Below are positions 1-8,949 of a stretch of DNA of 64,000 nt, one piece after another. The translations under genes were made by a program, and so were the position numbers. The notes under the pieces were generated by a model that was not told the DNA's origin, made no database searches, and was given only the letters and a program-made list of their open reading frames with translations. Each line of letters starts with the position of its first letter. The stretch's first letter is position 1. Source of the DNA: a virus; IMG/VR virus record IMGVR_UViG_645058813_000003, positions 7,834-71,833 of that record; one strand, written 5' to 3'.

Positions 1-1
1 A

Positions 2-295
2 AATGGATATAGAATAATTAATAGGTTCTTAGAATTAATACCTAACAATCATGAATATCTTGTTGCAATAGATGAAAAAGACGAGAGTTTACATTTTAGC
101 TATCAAAGAATTGGAAAGTTAAGTAATATTGAAGATGTAGAAGAAAGAGATTTTGAAGACGATGAAACTCTTGATAGAATTATTGATATTACAAGATTTA
201 AGGGTGAACCATTATCAATAAAATTTATATATGGAAAAGATGAAGAAACAAATGATTATGGATATATTGATTATAAAATTATTGTTGGATATTAG
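2..295 (+). CDS. Hypothetical protein, 5'-truncated by window edge
   Basis: Open frame from position 2 to TAG at 293-295 (manual translation NGYRIINRFLELIP...IIVGY*). Confidence 0.6.
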   Translation, partial: NGYRIINRFLELIPNNHEYLVAIDEKDESLHFSYQRIGKLSNIEDVEERDFEDDETLDRIIDITRFKGEPLSIKFIYGKDEETNDYGYIDYKIIVGY

Positions 296-310
296 AGATA
301 TTAGAACATA

Positions 311-340
311 TAGGAGATAGGCGTACAAGCCTTTCTCCTA
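311..340 (+). terminator. Hairpin, probable terminator
   Basis: TAGGAGA-TAGGC-gtacaa-GCCT-T-TCTCCTA inverted repeat right after the ORF stop. Confidence 0.5.
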
Positions 341-380
341 AATAGATATATAAATAAGAAAGAAAGAAGGAATTGAGAAT

Positions 381-869
381 ATGGAAGTTGATTTAGTAAA
401 AAATAATGAATTATCAAAAGAATTAAAAAATAAATATAAATTTGAATTAGGAAGTTGTTATGTTAATGCAGATAAACTATTTAAAGATAAAATATGCAAA
501 TATGTTGTAATTGGGTTTGTAAGAAAAAAAGGCTCTGAAATTGCGTTTAGACACGCTTGGAACTATACAGATAATTTTGAAGAATTAATAGATGCAACGC
601 TAGAAGATGATATAAATGATTATGATTATTTTCAATCTTATTGCTTAGATTTAAATACATTTTATAAAAATGGTGTTGTATTTAAATGTGATGGAAATGA
701 CTATAAATATTATAAACGATATGAAGAAATTGAGTGTGCAGTAACTGATAAATTAAAATTATGTGATTATGATTTATATGAATATTTATATGAAGAAGGA
801 ATGGAGTATTTTGGATATGAATGTTTTGATGAAGATTTAAGTATTAATTTAAGAGCAAAATTTTTATAA
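381..869 (+). CDS. Hypothetical phage protein (acidic, Tyr/Cys-rich)
   Basis: 162-aa ORF with AGAAGGA RBS. Confidence 0.75.
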   Translation: MEVDLVKNNELSKELKNKYKFELGSCYVNADKLFKDKICKYVVIGFVRKKGSEIAFRHAWNYTDNFEELIDATLEDDINDYDYFQSYCLDLNTFYKNGVVFKCDGNDYKYYKRYEEIECAVTDKLKLCDYDLYEYLYEEGMEYFGYECFDEDLSINLRAKFL

Positions 870-894
870 GATATAAGAAAGAAGGAATTAATTA

Positions 895-1794
895 ATGAGA
901 AACAAATTATTAAATGAATTAATGCAAAAAGAAATTGAAAAAATAAGAAAAATCGTAAGACCTTACAGCAGAAATAAAGATGTTTTTTATGATGATGTGA
1001 TTATAAAAGAAAAAGATTTAAAAGAAGAAAAGGCAAGTGGAATGTACGAATTTGATAAAGAGAACTATATACATCGAATTTATATTAATAGCGAAGATAT
1101 AGATTATTATTTAAAGTATAAAGATAAAAAAGATTATTTTGCAAGGTATTATAAAAGAAATTTAGTCGACACAATCGGGCATGAATTAACCCATGCCTTT
1201 GTAAATCAGAAATTTAAATATTTAAATAGAAAAGTTAACGGAATAAATAGAGATGCAAGTCCGATATTCTTAGCACATTTAAGAATGTTTGGATATACGA
1301 GTGGTCATAATTGTTCAAAAAACTTTAATGATAGTTATTTAGATCACAAAACAATAGAAATAAGATTTAAAAATAAGAATAGTAAAAGATATGCGATATT
1401 CTATAAAGAAATTAGAGAATATTTAAATAATATTATAGATTTTAGAGAAGAATTTAACAATAAACAAAAAGATTTACTTATAAAAAAACAAATTAAAAAT
1501 TATAAACAAATAGATTTTTGCTTTAGTAGTCGAGGAAGTGGACTAAAGAAATATATTTCTAATTCAACTAAAATATTAGGAAAAGATAAAAGTGAGTTAA
1601 GAAATATAAATAATAGCTTCTGTATGTTTGCAATCGGTAGTGCTATGCAAAACTTAGAAGATATAAGGCGATTAGTATATAAGAAAATTAACAACGGAAT
1701 TGATGCAAAATATTATAATAATAGTTTAATTAAATGTACTAATGTTAATAAAGAAACTAAGATATTAAAGCAAATAGAAGATAAGAATTATTAA
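895..1794 (+). CDS. SprT-like zinc metallopeptidase-domain protein
   Basis: HExxH motif (IGHELTHAF) preceded by GMYEF and followed by ...ASPIFL...GH, SprT-like layout. Confidence 0.55.
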   Translation: MRNKLLNELMQKEIEKIRKIVRPYSRNKDVFYDDVIIKEKDLKEEKASGMYEFDKENYIHRIYINSEDIDYYLKYKDKKDYFARYYKRNLVDTIGHELTHAFVNQKFKYLNRKVNGINRDASPIFLAHLRMFGYTSGHNCSKNFNDSYLDHKTIEIRFKNKNSKRYAIFYKEIREYLNNIIDFREEFNNKQKDLLIKKQIKNYKQIDFCFSSRGSGLKKYISNSTKILGKDKSELRNINNSFCMFAIGSAMQNLEDIRRLVYKKINNGIDAKYYNNSLIKCTNVNKETKILKQIEDKNY

Positions 1795-1930
1795 AAATCT
1801 ACGGGGGAAGAAACGTCACCAGTTAAATAATAATCTACGGGTTTGATATAACCCTCAGAATAATAAATAATAATTAAATAATTTTAAAAAAGCAATAGGT
1901 GTCGCAGAGAACGACACAAAATATATAGAT

Positions 1931-2002
1931 GTTATGCTTTCATCACTTTTTTAAAATCGGTCAAACCGATTTATTAAGTGAGGGATAAGTATAGCTTTTT
2001 TT
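1931..2002 (+). terminator. Long hairpin plus U7 tract in the leader of the RNAP gene (terminator or attenuator)
   Basis: GTTATGCT(1931-38)/AGTATAGC(1988-95), TCACTT/AAGTGA, AAATCGGT-caa-ACCGATTT nested stems, then TTTTTTT. Confidence 0.6.
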
Positions 2003-2061
2003 GCTTTGTCTAAAAATATAAAAAATAAATAAATAAATAAGAAGAAAGAAGGAATTGATAA

Positions 2062-5000
2062 ATGAATAAACAAGAAACAAATATTATAAAAGCAGAGGGA
2101 AAAGATTTAATAGGAGGAAAATTAGTTATTAAAGCTAATAACTATAAAAAATATAAAGCTACTTTTGATTATAGTTTAGTTGCAGAAGAATTAGCAGAAG
2201 ATGGAGCAGAATTTTATGAAGTAAATGGAAAACAATTTACAAATGATATTATAAATGTAAGTTTTAAATTTGGTATTGATATTGAAAATGATGGAATTAA
2301 ACAAATTAAAATGAATAATGATAACTTAAAGAAAAGCGAATTAAAATATGTTGAAAAAAATGATAAAGAAATAAAAAATATAATAAATGAAAAATATGAT
2401 ATTAAGAATAAAATTGAAATCGAAGAAATAACTAAAAAAATTAATTTAAGTAAAAAAGCTGTTAAAAATTACATAGCAAATAAAAATGAAATTGAGATTA
2501 GAATTTCTAAAAACACTATTGATAAAGAAATTAAGAAATTAAATAGAGAATTATTAAAAGATGAAAAAGTTGATATTAAAATAAATGCAATAAAAAATTA
2601 TATTAAAAACAAGAAAGAGACAGAATCGAAAAATAATAAATTTAAAATCATAAAAAGAAACAAAGAAATGCAAGAACATTTATTATTAGAATATTTTAAG
2701 TCAAGAAATACTATAAGAGAAGATTTATACAAAAATGGATTTTATATTACTTTTGCTGAAACAGGAGAAGTGGTTCATTATGTTAGATTTTTAAGAAGTT
2801 CAGGAAGCAGTAGAGTTGGTAGATGCTTATTTATTAAAGAAGAATTACACAATAAAATAATGAATTGGTGCTACATGGGATTAAATATAGATGAAATGAC
2901 AGAAACAGATTTAGCATCATTAGAAGCATATTTATCATTACCTGCAAGTTCTACAATAGCTACTATAAAAGGAATAAAAGCAGAAAACATATTGTTTATT
3001 AAAGAAGTTAAAGATACATTTACTGAAAATGCTATGTGTACTGAAATTAAAAATAATGATAATGGGGATTGCTTATATACTTCTGAAAAAGAAATGGAAA
3101 TAACAAATTCAATTCATGATGGACAAGCCTTGATGGATACATCGCTGTTTAAGGATAATGGATATGCTGATAAAGGTATGTTATTACTTAGAAATAGATT
3201 TTTCAAAGGTGCTTGTTTTCACACTAATATCCAAAAATGGTTTAATGATAATAATATAACAGAAGTAAGTCAACTAAAAGGATATACTAGAGCAAAAGAT
3301 ATCACGGATGTTAAATTAATATGCAATGCTGAAACTTGTGTAAAGTTCGTTAAATTTGGTACTAAAGAAGAATGGTTAGATAGATTAGAAGATAGATGGG
3401 GAATAGTAAAATATGAAAAATCAACACATCACTTTAAAGGCAATTTAGTTAGTACGCATTATCAATTATTAAATACTTTAAATTTTAATAGAGATGAAAT
3501 GGTAGAACTTTTAAAACCAACAATGGAATATTTTAATTTAATGTTGAATGATAGTAGAGTAATGCGAAACTTTATTGGAGCAAATGTGGATGATATAGAA
3601 GATTTAAAAGATAGCAATTTAATGATTAGTGCTTTAGTTGGAATAAGCGATGAATACTCTAAAACAAAACTATATACTAATTTTAGAGACGAAAAAAGAA
3701 AATCATTTTTAAAGCAACTACAAAAAGGTCATGTGCTAATTAAAGGTACATACTCAGTTCTGTTTGGAAATCCTATCGAGATGCTTAAAGAATCAATAGG
3801 AACTTATACAGGAGCAAGTATATTTAAAAAAGGTGAAGTTGATTGCAAATATTTTGAAAAAGACATTGAATTGCTTGGGTGTAGATCACCTCATGTAACT
3901 ATGGGAAATTTAGCACTAATGAAAAATGTACATATAAAAGCAATTGATACATATTTTAATCTTAGTGAAAATATAATTTGTGTTAATTCTATAGGAGAAA
4001 ATACACTAGAAAGACTTTCATCAGCCGATTTTGATAGTGACCAGCTACTTTTAACAGATTCTAAACTTGCATTATCTAAGTTAAAGTTACATTACAGTGA
4101 ATTTTTAGTACCAACTTCAAATGTACAAGCTGAAAAGGTAAAGAGATTAAATAACGCAACACAAAAATCTGAATTGGATGTTAAAACAAGCGTAAATAAA
4201 ATTGGTGAAATAATTAATTTATCACAACTTCTAAACACAATGATTTGGGATAAATATAATAGAACTGGCGAATTAGATATGGCTATATATACGGATGTAT
4301 GCCAACTAGATGTAATGTCTTGTATAGAAATAGATAGTGCTAAGAAAGAATTTACAATTAATAATGTTAAAGAATTAGATAAATTAAGAAAGAAATATAA
4401 AATAGATAGTTATGAAGAAGGTAAAACACAAATAAAGCCATATTTTATGCAGTTTACAGGAAAATTAAAAGAAGAAGAAAAAGAAGAACAATTCAAAAAA
4501 ATAGAATTTAAAAAGTATAATACAAGTATGGATTATTTGGAAGACATTATAGAGCATGAATTTAAAAAGATAAGAGCAAAAAAAATAAAATCTGAAGATG
4601 TAAAAACTATACAAGAAATAATAATTAATAATACAAAAGATTATAAAGTTAAAGATGCAAATAGACATCAAATTCCAGAAATAATTAAGATAATTGAAAA
4701 AGCTGATAAAGAAGTTAAAAGCCTTTATGCTAAAAAACCAAGCAAAAATTTGAGTAATGAAGAAATAAAAGAATTTAATATTGCTAGAGGTAAAAAAGTA
4801 ATGGAAATAAATAATAATATGTATGCTGAGATTAGCAAGTTGAAAATTAAAATTGAAACAATTAAAAAATTATTTATTGAAACTGAGAGCAAATACAGTC
4901 ATTTATCTCGTAAAATATTTACAGTAATGTTTGTTACTAATAAAGACAAGGTATTAGACTTATTAAAAAATACTAAAGATAATAATTTAACTAAATATGT

Positions 5001-5070
5001 AATGACAAATGGAAAATCAGATATAACAATTTTAGGTCTAGGATATAAAGAAGTGAAATGTGGATTATAA
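2062..5070 (+). CDS. YonO-like single-subunit RNA polymerase (cellular RdRP-like double-psi beta-barrel family)
   Basis: HYVRFLRSSGSSRVG, HDGQ, LLRNRFFKG, CRSPH and catalytic-type ADFDSD motif; 1002 aa; located upstream of virion genes. Confidence 0.8.
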   Translation: MNKQETNIIKAEGKDLIGGKLVIKANNYKKYKATFDYSLVAEELAEDGAEFYEVNGKQFTNDIINVSFKFGIDIENDGIKQIKMNNDNLKKSELKYVEKNDKEIKNIINEKYDIKNKIEIEEITKKINLSKKAVKNYIANKNEIEIRISKNTIDKEIKKLNRELLKDEKVDIKINAIKNYIKNKKETESKNNKFKIIKRNKEMQEHLLLEYFKSRNTIREDLYKNGFYITFAETGEVVHYVRFLRSSGSSRVGRCLFIKEELHNKIMNWCYMGLNIDEMTETDLASLEAYLSLPASSTIATIKGIKAENILFIKEVKDTFTENAMCTEIKNNDNGDCLYTSEKEMEITNSIHDGQALMDTSLFKDNGYADKGMLLLRNRFFKGACFHTNIQKWFNDNNITEVSQLKGYTRAKDITDVKLICNAETCVKFVKFGTKEEWLDRLEDRWGIVKYEKSTHHFKGNLVSTHYQLLNTLNFNRDEMVELLKPTMEYFNLMLNDSRVMRNFIGANVDDIEDLKDSNLMISALVGISDEYSKTKLYTNFRDEKRKSFLKQLQKGHVLIKGTYSVLFGNPIEMLKESIGTYTGASIFKKGEVDCKYFEKDIELLGCRSPHVTMGNLALMKNVHIKAIDTYFNLSENIICVNSIGENTLERLSSADFDSDQLLLTDSKLALSKLKLHYSEFLVPTSNVQAEKVKRLNNATQKSELDVKTSVNKIGEIINLSQLLNTMIWDKYNRTGELDMAIYTDVCQLDVMSCIEIDSAKKEFTINNVKELDKLRKKYKIDSYEEGKTQIKPYFMQFTGKLKEEEKEEQFKKIEFKKYNTSMDYLEDIIEHEFKKIRAKKIKSEDVKTIQEIIINNTKDYKVKDANRHQIPEIIKIIEKADKEVKSLYAKKPSKNLSNEEIKEFNIARGKKVMEINNNMYAEISKLKIKIETIKKLFIETESKYSHLSRKIFTVMFVTNKDKVLDLLKNTKDNNLTKYVMTNGKSDITILGLGYKEVKCGL

Positions 5071-5530
5071 TTTACACACCTTCTTTAATGAAAATGGCTC
5101 AAACCGTTGGTATGACTAGCTTTGTAAGTTCACAATAACCGTCTAATAGGGGATAGAGAGAATAAAACATTTCTAACTCTAGGAAGACAGAAAGATTAAT
5201 ATTAATGAGTATGTCCAGTTAAGGTGGGGTGTAAGAGCCTTGCCTTAACGGTATACTAAAAATGATTATAATAATTCAATTTATTATAATATAATTTAAC
5301 AATCAATGCAAATATTTTTATTGGAGTAGATAACTACTCTACGTTAATTATTTATTTTTTTATAAATGATTAATTCCTTTTTTCTTTATTTAGAGTAGGT
5401 AGGTTTAATTCTCCTGCCTATTCCAATAAGGATATTTGCAATCCTACCGAAGATGGTATGGTTAAAATTTTGAACGGTAATAGTGTCAGAAATTCGGACA
5501 CTAAAATAAATAATTAAAGAAAAAGGATGG
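5071..5530 (+). ncRNA. Candidate structured non-coding RNA or leader (serial hairpins plus a four-way junction at 5307-5440)
   Basis: 460-nt ORF-free gap with many G-U-containing stems; see finding. Confidence 0.5.
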
Positions 5531-6328
5531 ATGAGATTTATGAAAACAATGATGAATGAAGAAATGGTAGCAAATTTAAAGAAGGATTTCGATTCTGAAA
5601 CTTTAGTACAATTAAATGGATTAATTGAAGATTATAAAGATTTAGCTGAAGAATATAATGAAAAAATAGAATTTGAATATGAAATGCAAGTTTTTGATGA
5701 TTCTTTAAATAGAGCAGTAAAAGAAAGAATGGATGAATTAATAAATGCAGAAAAGCAAGTTAAGGAATTATTATCCGATACTGTTTCAAAAGATAACGAA
5801 TTAGATATAGAATTTGAAAATGAAGCTAGAGAATTAGTTGAATCTTTAATACCCGTTTTTAACGGAAAGTCTATAAGTGCAGATGTTTTAGATTGTAGTA
5901 ATAGATTAGTAGATCAAATTTTAGAATTAAAAAGTTTCAAAACTTCTATAGATATAATAGAAACTGCTAAAAGATGTTTTCTAAATCATAAAATTGATTT
6001 AGATTGTAAGATGGATATAATATTTAAACAATATTTAGCGATTTGGGAAGTATTAAATATGATTAGAGAGCAGGATTGGGACGATATAGACGATATGGAA
6101 GTTCTAGTAGAAGAAGATATATTAGTTAAAGATTATTTATTAGATTATATTAATACAAATGTAGCAGAAGAACTAGAAACTGATGCAGACTTAGTAGAGT
6201 TTTTATGTTCGTGTGGATTAGATAATAATATATATGTAAGAACTTTAGAAGATAAAAATAGCTGTGTATGTTTAGTTCTATTCGATGATAATGAAAATAG
6301 ATTAACAGATTGTTATTATCTTAATTAA
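5531..6328 (+). CDS. Highly acidic hypothetical protein
   Basis: 265-aa ORF; about 65 D/E residues by manual count. Confidence 0.75.
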   Translation: MRFMKTMMNEEMVANLKKDFDSETLVQLNGLIEDYKDLAEEYNEKIEFEYEMQVFDDSLNRAVKERMDELINAEKQVKELLSDTVSKDNELDIEFENEARELVESLIPVFNGKSISADVLDCSNRLVDQILELKSFKTSIDIIETAKRCFLNHKIDLDCKMDIIFKQYLAIWEVLNMIREQDWDDIDDMEVLVEEDILVKDYLLDYINTNVAEELETDADLVEFLCSCGLDNNIYVRTLEDKNSCVCLVLFDDNENRLTDCYYLN

Positions 6329-6344
6329 ATAAAAGTACATATAT

Positions 6345-6366
6345 GGGGTGCTAGATGTGGCACTCC
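6345..6366 (+). terminator. Hairpin, probable terminator
   Basis: GGGGTGC-tagatgtg-GCACTCC followed shortly by T-rich tract. Confidence 0.5.
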
Positions 6367-6523
6367 TAACTATTTATTTTTTTGTTTTATAAATATGTAT
6401 TATATATCAATTATAGTATAACATTAATAAATAGTAAATACAATAGAAAAATAAAAATATTTTAAATAAATTAATTAAGTTGCTAGTAATCTTAAAACTA
6501 GATGAAAAAGAAAGGTTTATAAT

Positions 6524-7150
6524 ATGAAGAATTTACTAAAAGAAGTAAAAGGAAATATTTATGGGATGGGAGTATATTGCTTTAAAGCAGGGGATAAGAT
6601 TCTCTATGTTGGTTCTGGAATGTTGAACGATAGGTTACAATCACATTTATATAATTTTAAAAGAGGATTATATGAAGATACTAATAAAGCAATATTACAA
6701 AAGGTTTATAATCTTGGAGAACTTGAGTTTGAAGTATTAAAGTTTTCTGAAAACAATAGTAAATATTTAAATGGATCTAAAGAAGAAAGAGAAGCAATTC
6801 AAAAATCTTTAGAAGTATTAGAACAATTTTACGTAAATTTATATAAAGATACTATCTGTAATAAAATGATGAGTATTAGAAAATGGAGTAGTAATAAGGA
6901 TAATACTACTACTTATAAGAGAAGACAAGCTAATAGAGGAAGTAAAAATCCAAATAATAAATATGATAGTGAGATAATTGCTAATGTAATATGGTTAAAA
7001 GAACAAGGTTTAAAACCTAAAAAGATTGTGGAATTATTACTTGAACATGATATAGATATTAATAAGAATTATATTAGTCAGCTTGGTGTTAAGAAATGGA
7101 TTTATACAAACCCAATTAGACCAACTTGGTATGAAAGCGTGGAGGTATAA
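6524..7150 (+). CDS. GIY-YIG family (homing-type) endonuclease
   Basis: N-terminal GVYCF...LYVGS...RLQSH...E pattern; C-terminal RGSKNPN (NUMOD-like) and HTH-like tail. Confidence 0.7.
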   Translation: MKNLLKEVKGNIYGMGVYCFKAGDKILYVGSGMLNDRLQSHLYNFKRGLYEDTNKAILQKVYNLGELEFEVLKFSENNSKYLNGSKEEREAIQKSLEVLEQFYVNLYKDTICNKMMSIRKWSSNKDNTTTYKRRQANRGSKNPNNKYDSEIIANVIWLKEQGLKPKKIVELLLEHDIDINKNYISQLGVKKWIYTNPIRPTWYESVEV

Positions 7151-7398
7151 TGATGATAAATTTATTAGCTATTTTAATGATAGGTGGATTATTACTTATA
7201 GAAGAACAAAGAATATATTTTTTAAATTTAAATAATAAGAGATTAAAAGAAGAAATAGAAGATAATAAGAAATTTTATAAGATAGATAAAGATTTAAGTA
7301 TACAGCTTACAAAATCTTTAACAACTTTGGAATGTAGACAGGAACAAATAAGAGAAAGAATGGAAGAGTGTAAAGAGGTGACTAAAGATAATATATGA
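7150..7398 (+). CDS. Small protein, N-terminal TM plus coiled coil
   Basis: Hydrophobic first ~18 aa; translationally coupled to neighbours. Confidence 0.65.
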   Translation: MMINLLAILMIGGLLLIEEQRIYFLNLNNKRLKEEIEDNKKFYKIDKDLSIQLTKSLTTLECRQEQIRERMEECKEVTKDNI

Positions 7399-7577
7399 AT
7401 AAATTTAATAGATTTTTAAGTATAATAAATTTAATTTTTTGGTTAGGTATATTTATATCTACTATCTTTTTAAATATAAATCTAAAAGTAATTGCAATTG
7501 GAGCAACTTTTGTAGTTGTATTTAATTTAGTTTTAGATTTGTTCTGTTGTAATCGAGGTAGTAAAAATGCATTATAG
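7395..7577 (+). CDS. Small two-TM membrane protein
   Basis: Two hydrophobic stretches; overlaps neighbouring stop and start codons. Confidence 0.6.
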   Translation: MNKFNRFLSIINLIFWLGIFISTIFLNINLKVIAIGATFVVVFNLVLDLFCCNRGSKNAL

Positions 7578-7941
7578 AGGTAAGAAATGTACATATAACG
7601 GAATAGATTTTGATTCTATTCCCGAAAAGGATTATTACATAAAATTATTAGAAGATAAGGGTGTATCTAATTTACAGATACATCCTAAATTTATATTATT
7701 AGAAGGTTTTAGAAATAATGAAGGTAAAGCAATTAGATCGGTTACGTTTAAACCAGACTTTATGTTTAATGACCATCTTGGACAGAAATATATTGTAGAT
7801 GTTAAACCAAATAATAAGAGATTAATTGATCCTGATTTTATGATTAGGTGGAAGTTATTGCAAAGTATGTATAGAGAGCAAGATATTAAGTTTAGACTTA
7901 TTGCTTGGGATAAAAAGATTAAAGAATTTATAGAATTATAG
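7567..7941 (+). CDS. DUF1064-like PD-(D/E)XK nuclease-fold protein
   Basis: NGIDFDSIPE...LQIHPKFIL...FKPDF...IVDVK pattern. Confidence 0.7.
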   Translation: MHYRGKKCTYNGIDFDSIPEKDYYIKLLEDKGVSNLQIHPKFILLEGFRNNEGKAIRSVTFKPDFMFNDHLGQKYIVDVKPNNKRLIDPDFMIRWKLLQSMYREQDIKFRLIAWDKKIKEFIEL

Positions 7942-7953
7942 GAGAGTGTATTA

Positions 7954-8121
7954 ATGGATAAAATATTAGCGATTATTAATATAATAATGTTTATTACTTT
8001 GTTTTGTGGAGGAATATATGCTAAAAAAAGTGGAGAATTGCATTGTAATATGAATGGGATTATAGCTTTAGTTGTTGTATTTGTATTACCGATTTGTTTA
8101 GGGATTAGTGTATTAATATAA
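7954..8121 (+). CDS. Small membrane protein (55 aa, not in ORF track)
   Basis: GGAG RBS, ATG 7954, two hydrophobic segments, TAA 8119-8121. Confidence 0.5.
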   Translation: MDKILAIINIIMFITLFCGGIYAKKSGELHCNMNGIIALVVVFVLPICLGISVLI

Positions 8122-8159
8122 GTAAATATTTGTTATAATAGTTATATATTATATTATTT

Positions 8160-8675
8160 TTGGAGGATAAAATGAAAAATAAATTTTATAAAAATAAGTG
8201 GTTTATAGCTATTATCATTTCTTTAGTATTAATAATTGGTGGAATTGCAATATATGACATAATGCAAGTTTCAAACCCAATAGCAACATATCAAAAAATG
8301 CAGAAGAATGGAAATATAGAAGATAGTGTTGGAGCTAGTGCTAAATTAGCTATAGGGGTAGACAGAGATGTTAGTATTAGTGTAAAAGATAATAAAGTTG
8401 ATTTATTCCTAGATTTACCAAGTAATATAACCAAAAAAGAATTAAAAAACGAAGAAGTCAGAATTATAAATGAAATACAAAAAACAGAATATAAAGATTA
8501 TATTTCAGGATTAACAATTCAACATTTAACAGATTGGAAGAATAAAGAAAACGATAGAGACGTAACTGCACTTGTTTGGCTAGATGGAGATAAAGTTAAA
8601 TATGAATATAACAATGATAATATAGAACAACAAGCAAGTATGTGTTTTTTTAAAGATACTGTAAAAGAATATTAA
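8160..8675 (+). CDS. Membrane-anchored extracellular protein (moron-like)
   Basis: Basic N-terminus plus TM (WFIAIIISLVLIIGGIAIY); TATAAT upstream; terminator at 8684-8714. Confidence 0.7.
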   Translation: MEDKMKNKFYKNKWFIAIIISLVLIIGGIAIYDIMQVSNPIATYQKMQKNGNIEDSVGASAKLAIGVDRDVSISVKDNKVDLFLDLPSNITKKELKNEEVRIINEIQKTEYKDYISGLTIQHLTDWKNKENDRDVTALVWLDGDKVKYEYNNDNIEQQASMCFFKDTVKEY

Positions 8676-8739
8676 AAATAGTAGGGGTAGTATTACATTT
8701 ATACTACTCTTTTTATTTTGTGAAAAATAAGGATGTGAT

Positions 8740-8949
8740 GTGGTAATGTGTGAATTAAAAAGTTTAGATAGAAGAAATGATTTTGAAATAATTAGTAAAA
8801 ATGAATATGCTTTAGCGAGACTAAAAGAAGAGTACAATAATATACAAATAAATGATGAATGGGCTAATATATCTAAGGGACATAACTTTGTATTTAAATA
8901 TGGAGATATGTATTATAGCGTAGATTATTTGGATAGGGTGCTAGAGTAA
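8740..8949 (+). CDS. Hypothetical protein
   Basis: 69-aa ORF with AGGATGTG RBS, coupled to HNH gene. Confidence 0.6.
   Translation: MVMCELKSLDRRNDFEIISKNEYALARLKEEYNNIQINDEWANISKGHNFVFKYGDMYYSVDYLDRVLE

Noticed and set aside
2062-5070. Calling the polymerase an RNA-dependent RNA polymerase or RNAi-like system
   Set aside because: The characterised homolog YonO is DNA-dependent, and nothing in the sequence shows RNA templating. Left as a testable option only.
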